Position numbers and translations under genes: made by a program. The notes under the pieces are model-generated. The model had not been told where the DNA came from. It searched no databases and worked only from the letters and a program-made list of their open reading frames with translations. DNA of 64,000 nucleotides from Rickettsiales bacterium (lineage in GTDB: Bacteria; Pseudomonadota; Alphaproteobacteria; Rs-D84). Numbering within the stretch: position 1 is the first letter of the stretch; every line of letters starts with the position of its first letter. Positions 47,181 to 56,947 of this stretch are shown here, piece after piece. The stretch lies in the NCBI GenBank assembly GCA_031262525.1, contig JAISHM010000009.1, positions 6,583 through 70,582 on the forward strand, given 5' to 3'.

Positions 47181-47939
47181 TTACCGCGCCACATAGCAAT
47201 CAAGGCCGTCTGATTTCGCATTACGACAAAATCCATTCGCATCCGCAGAATTATTAAACCCAACGCGCAGACGGTATGTTGTTTTGCCGCCTGACAATAC
47301 CGCATCTTGAATTACGAAACTGTGTCCTGAAAACAAACTGGTGTGTGCGCCTGAAATTTTCTTTTGCGCAGATACGGCTGCGCTGCGCGTGCTGTATGAC
47401 CCGAATTGCACATAATAATTACTGGATTTTGCCGCTGGGGTTTGTGCTGATTTCGGTGCTGGTTTTGCCGCCGCAACCTCTACTTTTTTTGGCGCAGGTT
47501 TTGCAACCGGCCGTGGCTTTGGTGGTTCCACCTTGGCCACTTCCTTGAACACTACCTCTTTTCTGTTTTCAATTTCACGCACAGGCGCGGCCGCAGGCAC
47601 TGGCTGGGCGGTTGGCGCCGCCGCCACTGGCACAGGTTGCGGTACAGGCTGTGGTGCGGGCACTTGTTGTGGCGCGGGTGCGATTGGCGCAACCTGCCCT
47701 GCCGCTGGTATTGGCGCAGTTAAATCTATTTCAACAGAATCGGAACTTGTGCCACTACTGACTATGCGCACTATAATATAGGTCGCCAAAATAACCACAA
47801 TCAACGCCGCACCAAATAACAACCATGGTTTGCGCGGACGCGAACAAGATGCGGCGACCTCTAATTCTTCATCAACCTCGGGCAATTCAATTTCATCTTC
47901 CAGGTCCAACAAATCTAATTTTTCATTTTCATCGGCCAT
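47181..47939 (-). CDS. SPOR-domain cell-division protein
   Basis: It has an acidic N-terminus, one TM helix, a Pro/Ala-rich linker, and a C-terminal SPOR domain (YYVQFGSYSTRSAAVSAQKKI...YRLRVGFNNSADANGFC). Confidence 0.65.
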   Translation of the reverse strand: MADENEKLDLLDLEDEIELPEVDEELEVAASCSRPRKPWLLFGAALIVVILATYIIVRIVSSGTSSDSVEIDLTAPIPAAGQVAPIAPAPQQVPAPQPVPQPVPVAAAPTAQPVPAAAPVREIENRKEVVFKEVAKVEPPKPRPVAKPAPKKVEVAAAKPAPKSAQTPAAKSSNYYVQFGSYSTRSAAVSAQKKISGAHTSLFSGHSFVIQDAVLSGGKTTYRLRVGFNNSADANGFCRNAKSDGLDCYVAR

Positions 47940-48057
47940 TGGCGTTCTCCTTATCTTTATGTATAAATTATTATATCATAAAAAATACAATAAAAAAAAT
48001 AATAAATAAAAATAAATCGCGACGAATGCCGCGATTTATTTTAACCTTATATTTATA

Positions 48058-48408
48058 TTACCAACCGGTGGTAACATTTGGACAAGATACGACCTGATCA
48101 TTCATCAAAAACTGTAATAAGACACCAACACTGAATAACAATACAAATCCGGTAATTAAACCAATCAAATGTTTTTTACCATCAGTATCCCATTTGTATT
48201 CTTTTTTGGTAATCGCATCCCAGCCAATACTGGCAATAACAAAGGCCGCACCAACAAACGCCAATGTCCGCAAGATACCAAACACGCCCTGTAATTTTGT
48301 AATCAGTTCGCACAACCCGGCATTTTCCGGTGCCGCCGCGTGTGCCGCGCCAGCCATCACAATAGCCAATCCCGCAAATGTTATTATTTTCATAATTTTT
48401 TTATTCAT
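48058..48408 (-). CDS. VirB2/TrbC-like type IV secretion pilin (orphan)
   Basis: A 116 aa ORF with a long signal peptide (…AGAAHAAAP). Two hydrophobic helices separated by a short loop, and the GLCELITKLQGVFGILRTLAFVGAAFVIASIGW pattern, resemble VirB2. Confidence 0.5.
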   Translation of the reverse strand: MNKKIMKIITFAGLAIVMAGAAHAAAPENAGLCELITKLQGVFGILRTLAFVGAAFVIASIGWDAITKKEYKWDTDGKKHLIGLITGFVLLFSVGVLLQFLMNDQVVSCPNVTTGW

Positions 48409-48474
48409 AGTTTTTTCTCCTGTATAACTTTATTGTCTATATTATACCACAAAAAACATATTAAACAAATTATT

Positions 48475-48612
48475 TTATTTTGGCAATTTTCCAAAATTCG
48501 GTGGAACAATCAACGCGTCATTTTGTTCTACAATAGGCTCGCGCGCGCAATCACAACACGCGGACAACCCCAGCGCACAAACCAATCCAAAAATTAAAAA
48601 TATCTTGTTCAT
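48475..48612 (-). CDS. Small lipoprotein, 45 aa
   Basis: The ATG at 48610-48612 on the minus strand has AGGAAAA upstream. The signal MNKIFLIFGLVCALGLSAC contains an LSAC lipobox. The upstream part of the track ORF overlaps thrS and is rejected. Confidence 0.4.
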   Translation of the reverse strand: MNKIFLIFGLVCALGLSACCDCAREPIVEQNDALIVPPNFGKLPK

Positions 48613-48628
48613 AATTTTTTCCTTTCTT

Positions 48629-50362
48629 TTATTCTGGAAATTTAACCGCCGCCGACATTTCACGGACAAATTCCAATACAGATTTTGTTTCTTGGGCATC
48701 AACCCCCAATCTGCGCAAAGTAATCGTATTATCCGCCATTTCCTTGTCCCCGACAACACCGATAATCGGGGTTTTCGCCAAGGACAATTCACGAATTTTA
48801 TAATTTACTTTTTCCGCGCGCAAATCCGCCCGCGCCCGCACGCAAACATTTTTTAATTCCGCAACAACTGAGCGCGCATAATCATCAAACCGCTCTGACA
48901 CTGGCGCAATCACGACGGGCTCTGGCGACAACCACAACGGCAAATTCCCGCCCGTGTTTTCAATCAACATTCCCATAAAGCGTTCAATAGAGCCCAACAT
49001 TGCGCGATGCAACATAATCGGGCGATGCTTTTGTCCGTCTTCCCCGACATAGGATAAATTAAATCGTTCTGGCAGATTCATATCCAATTGGATTGTGCCG
49101 CATTGCCAAACACGTCCAATTGAATCATGCAAATAAATATCTATCTTTGGTCCATAAAATGCCGCATCTTGTTGCGCAATTTCATACGGAATTTTATTAC
49201 TTTCCAATGCGTGTTTTAATGCCCCCTCGGTAAAGTCCCAGGTTGTATCATCACCAATCCGAAATTCTGAATCCTTGCGCGTCGCCAATTTTACAGAGAT
49301 ATCATCAAATCCAAATTTAGAATAAATATCTTTTACAAAATCCATAATTTTAATAACCTCACGTTCCAGTTGCGCCTCGGTACAAAAAATATGCGCATCG
49401 TCTTGGGTAAATTCGCGCACCCGCATAATCCCGTGCAGGCCGCCCGCCGCTTCATAGCGATGAACTTTGCCAAATTCTGCCACATACAATGGCAAATCTT
49501 TATACGATTTTATACCCTGACCGAATACCAGCATTCCACCTGGACATGACATAGGTTTTATACAAAATTGACGACCATCTTCGGTTTGTCCGCTATAATT
49601 ATGTTCGCCATACTTTGCCCAATGCCCAGACGTTTCCCATAAACTTTTATCCATCAGTCCTGGCGTTGAAATTTCCAAGTACCCTGCCCTTTCTTGACGC
49701 ATGCGCACATATTCAATCAAACGACGATAAATATAATATCCCTTGTCATGCCAAAATACGCTGCCTGGCGCAAATTCAGGTTCAAAATGAAACAGGTCCA
49801 TATCGCGCCCGATTTTACGATGGTCGCGCTTTGCGGCCTCTTCCATTTGTTTCTCGAACGCCACCAAATCGTCCGCGTTTGCAAAAGCATCAACATAAAC
49901 CCGCTGCATCATTTTATTTTTAGAATCGCCACGCCAATATGCACCCGCGACACTACGAACTTTGAAACCATCGCGCGGCAAATCTTTACTTGATTCTACA
50001 TGCGGACCGCGACATAAATCTGTAAAATCACGAAAAGTATAAACAGACAACTTTTCCCCCGACGCGTCATACTCATTTAACCATTCCATTTTATAAGGCT
50101 GGTCCGCGAAAATCTGTTTTGCCTCGGACAAAGACACTTCGCGCCTTTCAAACCGACCATTTGATTTAATCAGTTCGCGCATTTCTTTTTCAATTTTTGG
50201 AAAATCATCTTCGGTAATCTTATATTCCATATCAAAGTCATAATAGAACCCATTTTGGGTTGCGGGACCGCCACCAAATTTTACATCCGGCCATATTTTT
50301 TTTACCGCCGCCGCCAAAATATGCGCCAAAGAATGTCTAATTATTTCAATATCGTATGCCAT
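48629..50362 (-). CDS. thrS: Threonine--tRNA ligase lacking the N-terminal TGS (N1) domain
   Basis: It starts at the N2/editing domain (IEIIRHSLAHILAAAVKKIWP) and has the class II core motifs and an anticodon-binding domain. At 577 aa it is shorter than the typical roughly 640 aa. Confidence 0.85.
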   Translation of the reverse strand: MAYDIEIIRHSLAHILAAAVKKIWPDVKFGGGPATQNGFYYDFDMEYKITEDDFPKIEKEMRELIKSNGRFERREVSLSEAKQIFADQPYKMEWLNEYDASGEKLSVYTFRDFTDLCRGPHVESSKDLPRDGFKVRSVAGAYWRGDSKNKMMQRVYVDAFANADDLVAFEKQMEEAAKRDHRKIGRDMDLFHFEPEFAPGSVFWHDKGYYIYRRLIEYVRMRQERAGYLEISTPGLMDKSLWETSGHWAKYGEHNYSGQTEDGRQFCIKPMSCPGGMLVFGQGIKSYKDLPLYVAEFGKVHRYEAAGGLHGIMRVREFTQDDAHIFCTEAQLEREVIKIMDFVKDIYSKFGFDDISVKLATRKDSEFRIGDDTTWDFTEGALKHALESNKIPYEIAQQDAAFYGPKIDIYLHDSIGRVWQCGTIQLDMNLPERFNLSYVGEDGQKHRPIMLHRAMLGSIERFMGMLIENTGGNLPLWLSPEPVVIAPVSERFDDYARSVVAELKNVCVRARADLRAEKVNYKIRELSLAKTPIIGVVGDKEMADNTITLRRLGVDAQETKSVLEFVREMSAAVKFPE

Positions 50363-50405
50363 TTTTTATCCCTATATTTATTCCAATTATTATAGTTTCT
50401 TTTTA

Positions 50406-51164
50406 TCAAAAGTCAATAATACTACCAAAAAGGACGGCAAAAAAGAAACACACCGACCCGCCAATTACAAACAAATGCCAAATCGTATGACTGAATTTTA
50501 ATTTCCGCCACAGATAAAATATAATCCCCAACGAATAAGACAATGCCCCCGCCAACATAAACCATAACCCCCGCACTGGCACACTTTCAATCACCCACGG
50601 CAAAATAAATAATATGGTCCAGCCCATAATCAGATATAATAAAACAATCCATTTTGGTTGTTCTTTGGGTTTTTTAATTTTCATAATTGTGCCAACAATC
50701 GTAATCGCCCACAATAATCCAAACACAGACCAACCAATCGGGCCGCGTAAATTCACCAAACAAAACGGAGTGTATGTTCCCGCAATCAGCGCATAAATCG
50801 CGACAGAATCCCAAACCTCAAAAAAACACTCGGACTTTTGCCCTATCATTGCATGACACATTGTTGAACCGAAATAAAGCGTAAACATAGTCAATCCAAA
50901 AATCGCGCAAGACACCAAAGCCCATGGGTCACCCTTTAACGCGGCGAAAACACATAATATGGTCAGACCCGCAATCGCGAGTCCTATACCAATCCCATGT
51001 GTCAAAACATCCATCACCCATTCTGATTTTGCTGGCGCGCGTTCCCAACGAAATAATCCCGCGGCACGCATTGCGCACAGCAATCCATTTGCGTGCTGGT
51101 CTGATTTTATCCGTTTTAGTTTTTGTTTAACTTGCTGACGCTTTTTAATAATTTTTTTCAACAT
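50406..51164 (-). CDS. Hemolysin III family (PAQR/YqfA) membrane protein
   Basis: It has seven TM helices and conserved His residues (THGIG, …HxxxH). Confidence 0.7.
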   Translation of the reverse strand: MLKKIIKKRQQVKQKLKRIKSDQHANGLLCAMRAAGLFRWERAPAKSEWVMDVLTHGIGIGLAIAGLTILCVFAALKGDPWALVSCAIFGLTMFTLYFGSTMCHAMIGQKSECFFEVWDSVAIYALIAGTYTPFCLVNLRGPIGWSVFGLLWAITIVGTIMKIKKPKEQPKWIVLLYLIMGWTILFILPWVIESVPVRGLWFMLAGALSYSLGIIFYLWRKLKFSHTIWHLFVIGGSVCFFFAVLFGSIIDF

Positions 51165-51169
51165 TTTAT

Positions 51170-52879
51170 TTATCCATTTATTATTTTATTTATTCTATTT
51201 TTTACCATTCCCGGGCGATGTTTTTCCATAACCTGCATTATTGAATACAGGTCGGGGGTTTGCGCACGCCCCGTAATCGCAACACGCAAATTCATCGCAA
51301 CATCACCATTTTTTATATCCATATCTGATGCAATTTGGACAATTTTATTCCACCATATATTTTTATCATCATTTTCGTTAAAGCCACGGACGAATGCGTC
51401 CAGCGCGTTTTTATTATATTCAAATTCGGTGTTTTGTGTATATCCGAATTGTTTATATTTTTCTGGCAATTCATCTTTATCAAAAAAGAAACAGATAGAT
51501 TCCACTGTCTGTTTCCAAGTAATAAAATCTTTTCTAACCCGTTTCGGATTATCCCGTTCAATACCAAAAATATCTATTAAATAATCCTGGTGTTTATCTA
51601 TAAATAAACGCATACCAGATAAAGTATATATTCCCGACGAAACATAATCTGTATGAGTGTATGCCAGCGATAAACCCGCTGGATTCCAATCGGACATCTG
51701 TTTATAAATTTCCCCTGCGCTCAACCCTGCAATATACTCTTTTGCCCACCAATCCAATTTATCAGGATTATACAGCGCGCCCGATGTTGGTATTTTTTTA
51801 ATGTTTATTTTATAATCATCTTTACGCCAATCTAATCCTGGATTTTTTGTTTTTTCTTCTTCATAACGACTGGACATTATATTTAACAAGTACTCTAATA
51901 CGGCATTCGGGGGATACCCTTCTTTTATAAAATAATCTACATTTGCCTCGGGGTCTTTGCGTTTTGATATTTTGCGTTGTTTGCCAGTTTCATCGTCAAT
52001 CTTGTCAATCGTGCTGGTATGAACATAAACAGGTGGCGTCCATCCAAGCGCCCCAAACATTTGCAAATGTTTTGGCGTTGATGGCAACCATTCTTCACCG
52101 CGTACAACATGCGTTGTTCGCATAAAATGGTCATCAACAACATGTGCAAAGTGATAGGTTGGCAAACCATCTGTTGATTTAATTATAATTTCATCAACAT
52201 TATTTTCAGGCATCGCAATAGAGCCGCGCGACGCGTCTTTTACAAAAACTTTTCTAGACGGGTCACCATCGGAATAAAAACGAATACTGGGGATTTCACC
52301 ATTATCCAAATGCGCGATTATTTCAGATTCCGATAAATCGCGGTCGCGCGCCCACGCGCCATAAATCCCAGTAGGCTCGCCATTTTCTGTTTGCTGTGCG
52401 CGAATATCAGATAAATTTTCCGCTGTCAAAAAACAAGGGTATGCCGCACCACGACGCAAAAATTCCGCCGCAACGCTGTGATAAATATCTTTGCGATGAC
52501 TTTGTAAATAAGTCCCGTAATCGCCCTTGCTTTCTATTTCATTATTTGCATTAAATACAGGACCTTCACCCGATTGCAACCAAAACGCGTTTTGTGTTCC
52601 CATAATTAAACTGATTGCGCCATCAACCTCTCGCGCGATATCTGTATCTTCTATGCGCAGCATAAAAACACCATCCGATTGTTTTGCCAATTTCCAATTT
52701 AACAACATCTGATACAAACCACCAATATGCATATAACCCGTTGGGCTTGGGGCAAAACGCGTTACCATTGCGCCATCTGGCAAATTACGCAGTGGAAATT
52801 TTTGTTCCAGTTCCGCAATTGTATATTTTGCATTGGGCAGTAATCTTTTTATTAAATTCTCTGATAAACCTGGGCGCAT
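51170..52879 (-). CDS. gltX: Glutamate--tRNA ligase with an extended C-terminus
   Basis: It has the class I HIGH motif (PSPTGYMHIGG), LRIEDTD, and a KMSKS region. At 569 aa it has a long C-terminal extension. Confidence 0.8.
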   Translation of the reverse strand: MRPGLSENLIKRLLPNAKYTIAELEQKFPLRNLPDGAMVTRFAPSPTGYMHIGGLYQMLLNWKLAKQSDGVFMLRIEDTDIAREVDGAISLIMGTQNAFWLQSGEGPVFNANNEIESKGDYGTYLQSHRKDIYHSVAAEFLRRGAAYPCFLTAENLSDIRAQQTENGEPTGIYGAWARDRDLSESEIIAHLDNGEIPSIRFYSDGDPSRKVFVKDASRGSIAMPENNVDEIIIKSTDGLPTYHFAHVVDDHFMRTTHVVRGEEWLPSTPKHLQMFGALGWTPPVYVHTSTIDKIDDETGKQRKISKRKDPEANVDYFIKEGYPPNAVLEYLLNIMSSRYEEEKTKNPGLDWRKDDYKINIKKIPTSGALYNPDKLDWWAKEYIAGLSAGEIYKQMSDWNPAGLSLAYTHTDYVSSGIYTLSGMRLFIDKHQDYLIDIFGIERDNPKRVRKDFITWKQTVESICFFFDKDELPEKYKQFGYTQNTEFEYNKNALDAFVRGFNENDDKNIWWNKIVQIASDMDIKNGDVAMNLRVAITGRAQTPDLYSIMQVMEKHRPGMVKNRINKIING

Positions 52880-52891
52880 AACTTATTCCTG

Positions 52892-53578
52892 TTGTTGCTT
52901 TTTATAATTCCATATTTTATACTGAAACTTATGGAAAATCAAGACATACGGACTTTTGGACGACGCCATGGCAAAAAACTATCCACGCGCCAGCAATGGC
53001 TGGTTGATAATTTACTGCCTGCCCTTGCCCACACAGACACAGAAACTGATACAATCTTAGAAATTGGTTTTGGCGCGGGCGAACATTTAATGTATTTGGC
53101 GCAACATAATCCCGATAAAATTATTATCGGCGCAGAACCATTTATAAATGGTGTCGCGTCGTTGCTGGCAAATATCACAGATGCGCAAAATCTGGTCAAA
53201 AACGAATATAAAAACATCAGAATTTATCCAGACGATGTCCGAAAATTTTTTATTGAGAACAAAAATTTTTCACCAGAAAAAATTTATATTTTACATCCCG
53301 ACCCATGGCCAAAGGCGCGTCACGAAAAACGCAGATTGTTAAATACGGAATTTATAAAATTGCTCTTGACGCATTCGGGCGCGGGGTTAAAGGAAATTAT
53401 CATCGCAACCGACCACCTGGATTATGCAAGTTGGATAGAAGAACAAATTAAAAAAATCAACAACGCAAAATACGAAATTTCAGATATTGCGCCACAGGGT
53501 GGATTAAATACTCGTTATCATAACAAAGATATGTTCGGGGCAAATAAAACAAAATATATTATTTTATCGCCCAAATAA
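52892..53578 (+). CDS. trmB: tRNA (guanine46-N7)-methyltransferase TrmB
   Basis: It has ILEIGFGAGEHL (SAM binding) and IYILHPDPWPKARHEKRRL, the TrmB signature. Confidence 0.75.
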   Translation: MLLFIIPYFILKLMENQDIRTFGRRHGKKLSTRQQWLVDNLLPALAHTDTETDTILEIGFGAGEHLMYLAQHNPDKIIIGAEPFINGVASLLANITDAQNLVKNEYKNIRIYPDDVRKFFIENKNFSPEKIYILHPDPWPKARHEKRRLLNTEFIKLLLTHSGAGLKEIIIATDHLDYASWIEEQIKKINNAKYEISDIAPQGGLNTRYHNKDMFGANKTKYIILSPK

Positions 53579-54841
53579 TTTTGCGAATCGTGATTGTTTC
53601 TTATTTGTTATTTTTTTTGTATTTTCTGCCGCTAATTTTTTTGTTCCATCCTTGAAATTTTTTGCATTTTCCGGTGTCAGGAAAAATGTTTTTGATAATA
53701 AATTTGGGCTGTTCAATATATTTTGTGTTGTTTGCGGACCAAAAGATTCTTTTATTATATCATATATTTTTTTACCCCCTGGAACACGCGCATTCTTTAT
53801 TTTTGTTATTATCTGTCGCGCACCACCCAACTTACCATTACGCAAATCATCACGCATTTTATCAAAGTCATTTGATTTTAACGCTGTAACAGATGTAGCG
53901 CCATTCGCAGATTTTATTTCCGGAATATCACCAATATAATCATCCAAATTCAGATATACCAAGGCCTCGTGACAATGGCGGTCAATTAAACCGCTGAATC
54001 CGTTTGTTGGCAAATCCGCCAAAAAACTGGCGCATTTTATCGGGTCTTTGTAATTTTTTTTCACAAAATTACATAATTTGCGCCCGAGTAATTCGTTGTT
54101 ATAAGTGCATGAAAAAATCGCCACAAATTCATTTAATGATAATTCTGTCCCAATTAAAAGTTTTCGCATATTTTTATATACGCGCCCGTTTTCGCGTTTC
54201 TTTGCCCAAGCGGCGATCGCGCGATAGGCGCGATTTCCACCAATACTAAAATTCTTAAAAATTCCCTTGTGAGATGCAACGCGTTCCCAATTACTGGAAT
54301 TTTCATCGCCATTTTTTGGCCAATAATAAGACCCCATACCAACGGTATTTATTTTTTTACCATTGTCTGAATAAACATTCAGATTCAGCGTTTCTGTTGG
54401 AAACATAGACAGCGCGACCAACGGCATCGCATCATCAAAAAGTTTTGCAAAATCTGCATCCGAATTTATTTTATAAAGTTTTCCACGTGTTGGCTGTTTT
54501 TCTTTTACTATTTCTTTTTTTGGTGGATTATATGATTCTATTACCGCTTTTATCGCAGCGTCCCCACCAACCGCCATTCCCGACATCATTAAATAATAAA
54601 CAATATATGAATACAACGCTGGGTGACGCGCCAGGAAACTTTGTTGTCCCTTTGGTGTTTTAATCTTTGCAAATTTTTTTTGCAAAGCGTCCAATACTTT
54701 GTTATCCAGCAACAATTCTGATGATATCATCAAGGACCAACCAATACCAACCAAACCACCGCGTGCCACAGGATTGAGTCCCTTCATGTTTTTAATGTTT
54801 TTTGTTGCGCGGCGCAAAGCCCGTGTCGGATTATTTAACAT
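53564..54841 (-). CDS. Large hypothetical protein, 425 aa, with a Lys-rich C-terminus
   Basis: Good coding character, no signal peptide and no recognised domain. It is divergent from rarA with about 40 bp between the two genes. Confidence 0.4.
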   Translation of the reverse strand: MLNNPTRALRRATKNIKNMKGLNPVARGGLVGIGWSLMISSELLLDNKVLDALQKKFAKIKTPKGQQSFLARHPALYSYIVYYLMMSGMAVGGDAAIKAVIESYNPPKKEIVKEKQPTRGKLYKINSDADFAKLFDDAMPLVALSMFPTETLNLNVYSDNGKKINTVGMGSYYWPKNGDENSSNWERVASHKGIFKNFSIGGNRAYRAIAAWAKKRENGRVYKNMRKLLIGTELSLNEFVAIFSCTYNNELLGRKLCNFVKKNYKDPIKCASFLADLPTNGFSGLIDRHCHEALVYLNLDDYIGDIPEIKSANGATSVTALKSNDFDKMRDDLRNGKLGGARQIITKIKNARVPGGKKIYDIIKESFGPQTTQNILNSPNLLSKTFFLTPENAKNFKDGTKKLAAENTKKITNKKQSRFAKLFGR

Positions 54842-54881
54842 CTTGATTATCCTGTATTATATGCTATATTTTATCACAGAA

Positions 54882-56225
54882 ATGGCAAAAAAAGCGACAA
54901 AATATTCAACATTTAATTGGGGTCTAAATACCGAGGTTCCAATCACAAAAAAGAAAACAATCCAGACGGAATCACGCCCCCTGGCGGACCGAATGCGCCC
55001 CGAAAATATAAACGACATCGTTGGGCAAACCGCGTTATTGGGGGAAAACGGGATTGTGCGCCAGATGGTGGAATCTGGGAAATTGGCGAATTTATTATTA
55101 TGGGGACCGCCCGGATGTGGCAAAACAACGATTGCGCGCGCATTGGCCAATTCCACAGACCTTGAATTTATGCCGATGTCGGCGGTTTTTTCTGGAACGG
55201 CGGATATAAAAAAAGCAATGGAAGCGGCAAAAATGAACCGCGAAATCGGGCGCGGAACTTTGCTTTTCATCGACGAAATTCATCGGTTTAATAAAACACA
55301 ACAGGATACATTACTACCTTATTTAGAGGACGGCACAGTCGTGTTCGTCGGCGCGACCACCGAAAACCCCAGTTTTGAATTAAATGATGCGTTGTTATCC
55401 CGCTGTCATATCGGTGTGTTGCAACCACTATCCAGCGCGGATTTAATGATTTTATTACAACGCGCAGAATCTAAAATTGGCGCCCTGCCCATCGGCGCGA
55501 AGGCGCGAATCCACCTGTGTCAAATGGCGGACGGGGACGCGCGATTTTTATTAAATACTGCGGAATTTTTGGCGACTGCAAATTTCAAGAAACAATTGAC
55601 GCCCGATGAATTGGATAACGCAATACAAAAACGCGCCCCCCTGTCGGATAAATCTGGGGACGAGCATTATAACCTGATTTCGGCAGTTCATAAATCTTTG
55701 CGGGCATCTGACACGGACGCGGCGCTGTATTGGACGGCGCGAATGATGACATCGGGCCAGGACCCAAAATACCTGTTTCGTCGTTTAACCCGATTCGCGA
55801 TAGAGGATATTGGTCTGGCGGACCCGAATGCCATGAACATTGCGCTGACCGCTTGGCAAGTGTATGAAAGAATGGGTTCGCCAGAGGGGGACCTGGCCCT
55901 GACCGAATTGGTAATTTATTTAGCGACCGCGCCAAAAAGCATTGCGAATTATCAGGCCCAGGGCGCGGCGTATGCGGCGGCAAAAAAATATGGCAGTCTG
56001 ATGCCACCAAAGAATATATTAAATGCACCAACAAAAATGATGAAGAATTTGGGGTATGGCGCGGACTATGTTTATGAACCCCTGACCAAGACAGGATTTT
56101 CGGGACAAAATTGTTTTCCAGAAAATATGCCCCGCCAAACATTTTACAACCCGATTGAGCGTGGGTTTGAACGGGAAATTAAAAAACGATTGGATTATTG
56201 GAACAATCTACGAAACAAAAAATAA
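54882..56225 (+). CDS. rarA: Replication-associated recombination protein A (RarA/MgsA)
   Basis: It has the AAA+ Walker A GPPGCGKTT and LFIDEIHRFNK plus MgsA C-terminal domains. The start is reassigned to the ATG at 54882 (MAKKATKY...), because the track ORF N-terminus is non-homologous. Confidence 0.85.
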   Translation: MAKKATKYSTFNWGLNTEVPITKKKTIQTESRPLADRMRPENINDIVGQTALLGENGIVRQMVESGKLANLLLWGPPGCGKTTIARALANSTDLEFMPMSAVFSGTADIKKAMEAAKMNREIGRGTLLFIDEIHRFNKTQQDTLLPYLEDGTVVFVGATTENPSFELNDALLSRCHIGVLQPLSSADLMILLQRAESKIGALPIGAKARIHLCQMADGDARFLLNTAEFLATANFKKQLTPDELDNAIQKRAPLSDKSGDEHYNLISAVHKSLRASDTDAALYWTARMMTSGQDPKYLFRRLTRFAIEDIGLADPNAMNIALTAWQVYERMGSPEGDLALTELVIYLATAPKSIANYQAQGAAYAAAKKYGSLMPPKNILNAPTKMMKNLGYGADYVYEPLTKTGFSGQNCFPENMPRQTFYNPIERGFEREIKKRLDYWNNLRNKK

Positions 56226-56226
56226 A

Positions 56227-56247
56227 ACGCGGGACCCACCCGCGTTC
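56227..56247. terminator. Terminator hairpin between rarA and the convergent OMP gene
   Basis: The hairpin AACGCGGGACCCACCCGCGTT has a T-rich run on the minus-strand side. Confidence 0.5.
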
Positions 56248-56251
56248 CTAA

Positions 56252-56932
56252 TTAAAACACAACCCCGACGCGGGCGCCGAATCGGAAATCGCTTTCTTCT
56301 ATTTCATATTGCCCAAATCCCGTATATTGCGTCCTTCCATACTGACGCACAATCTTTAAGGAAAATGTTTCACGATTATACCGCGGCATTGTCGCGCGAC
56401 GAATAATTATATCGCCCCCAATTTTCCATTCATCATTAAACGAATAATACACACTGGGGCTTAAATCTATGAATGACATTCCATGCACATCATCAAAAAT
56501 CCAACTGGCCATTCCCGTCCCTGCAAATGTCCATTTATTAAAATTTTTACCAACACGAATTCCCGCAGAATACACATTGTTATACCATTCGGGCGCGGAC
56601 GAGCCACCAAAATTTATCCCAGCCAAAATATCAGTAATTATATTTTCACTTGACGCGCGATAGGTCAATTGAAATCCAACATCGGAAAATCCATCGGCAT
56701 TACCATCAAAATCTTGTTGATATTTTACATCTGCCGCCAGCGAAAAAATCCCGTTGATTCCATAACGTGCATTTAATCCGACATCCAGCAAGTCCGACCC
56801 GTATGAGCCGCCACCAATAACAACAAAATCATTTGCGTTCTCAAAATACAGGGGATTTTCAATATCAAATTCCGATGCAGACGCCATGAGCGGCGCAAAC
56901 AAAATTCCACAAAACATTAAAAACTTTTTCAT
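56252..56932 (-). CDS. Small outer-membrane beta-barrel protein (Omp25/OmpW-like, hypothetical)
   Basis: It has a signal peptide (MKKFLMFCGILFAPLMASA), alternating beta strands, and a C-terminal Phe (…ARVGVVF). Confidence 0.5.
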   Translation of the reverse strand: MKKFLMFCGILFAPLMASASEFDIENPLYFENANDFVVIGGGSYGSDLLDVGLNARYGINGIFSLAADVKYQQDFDGNADGFSDVGFQLTYRASSENIITDILAGINFGGSSAPEWYNNVYSAGIRVGKNFNKWTFAGTGMASWIFDDVHGMSFIDLSPSVYYSFNDEWKIGGDIIIRRATMPRYNRETFSLKIVRQYGRTQYTGFGQYEIEESDFRFGARVGVVF

Positions 56933-56947
56933 CTAAATTACCCCTGA

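Noticed and set aside
47533-47781. Gly/Cys/Ala-rich 82 aa ORF (TGAAAGTGWAVGAAATGTGCG…)
   Set aside because: It is antisense to the Pro/Ala-rich linker of the SPOR-domain gene. It is a repeat-driven artefact.
48613-48792. Upstream part of ORF 48475..48792
   Set aside because: It overlaps the 3' end of thrS out of frame. Only the lipoprotein portion from the ATG at 48612 is plausible.
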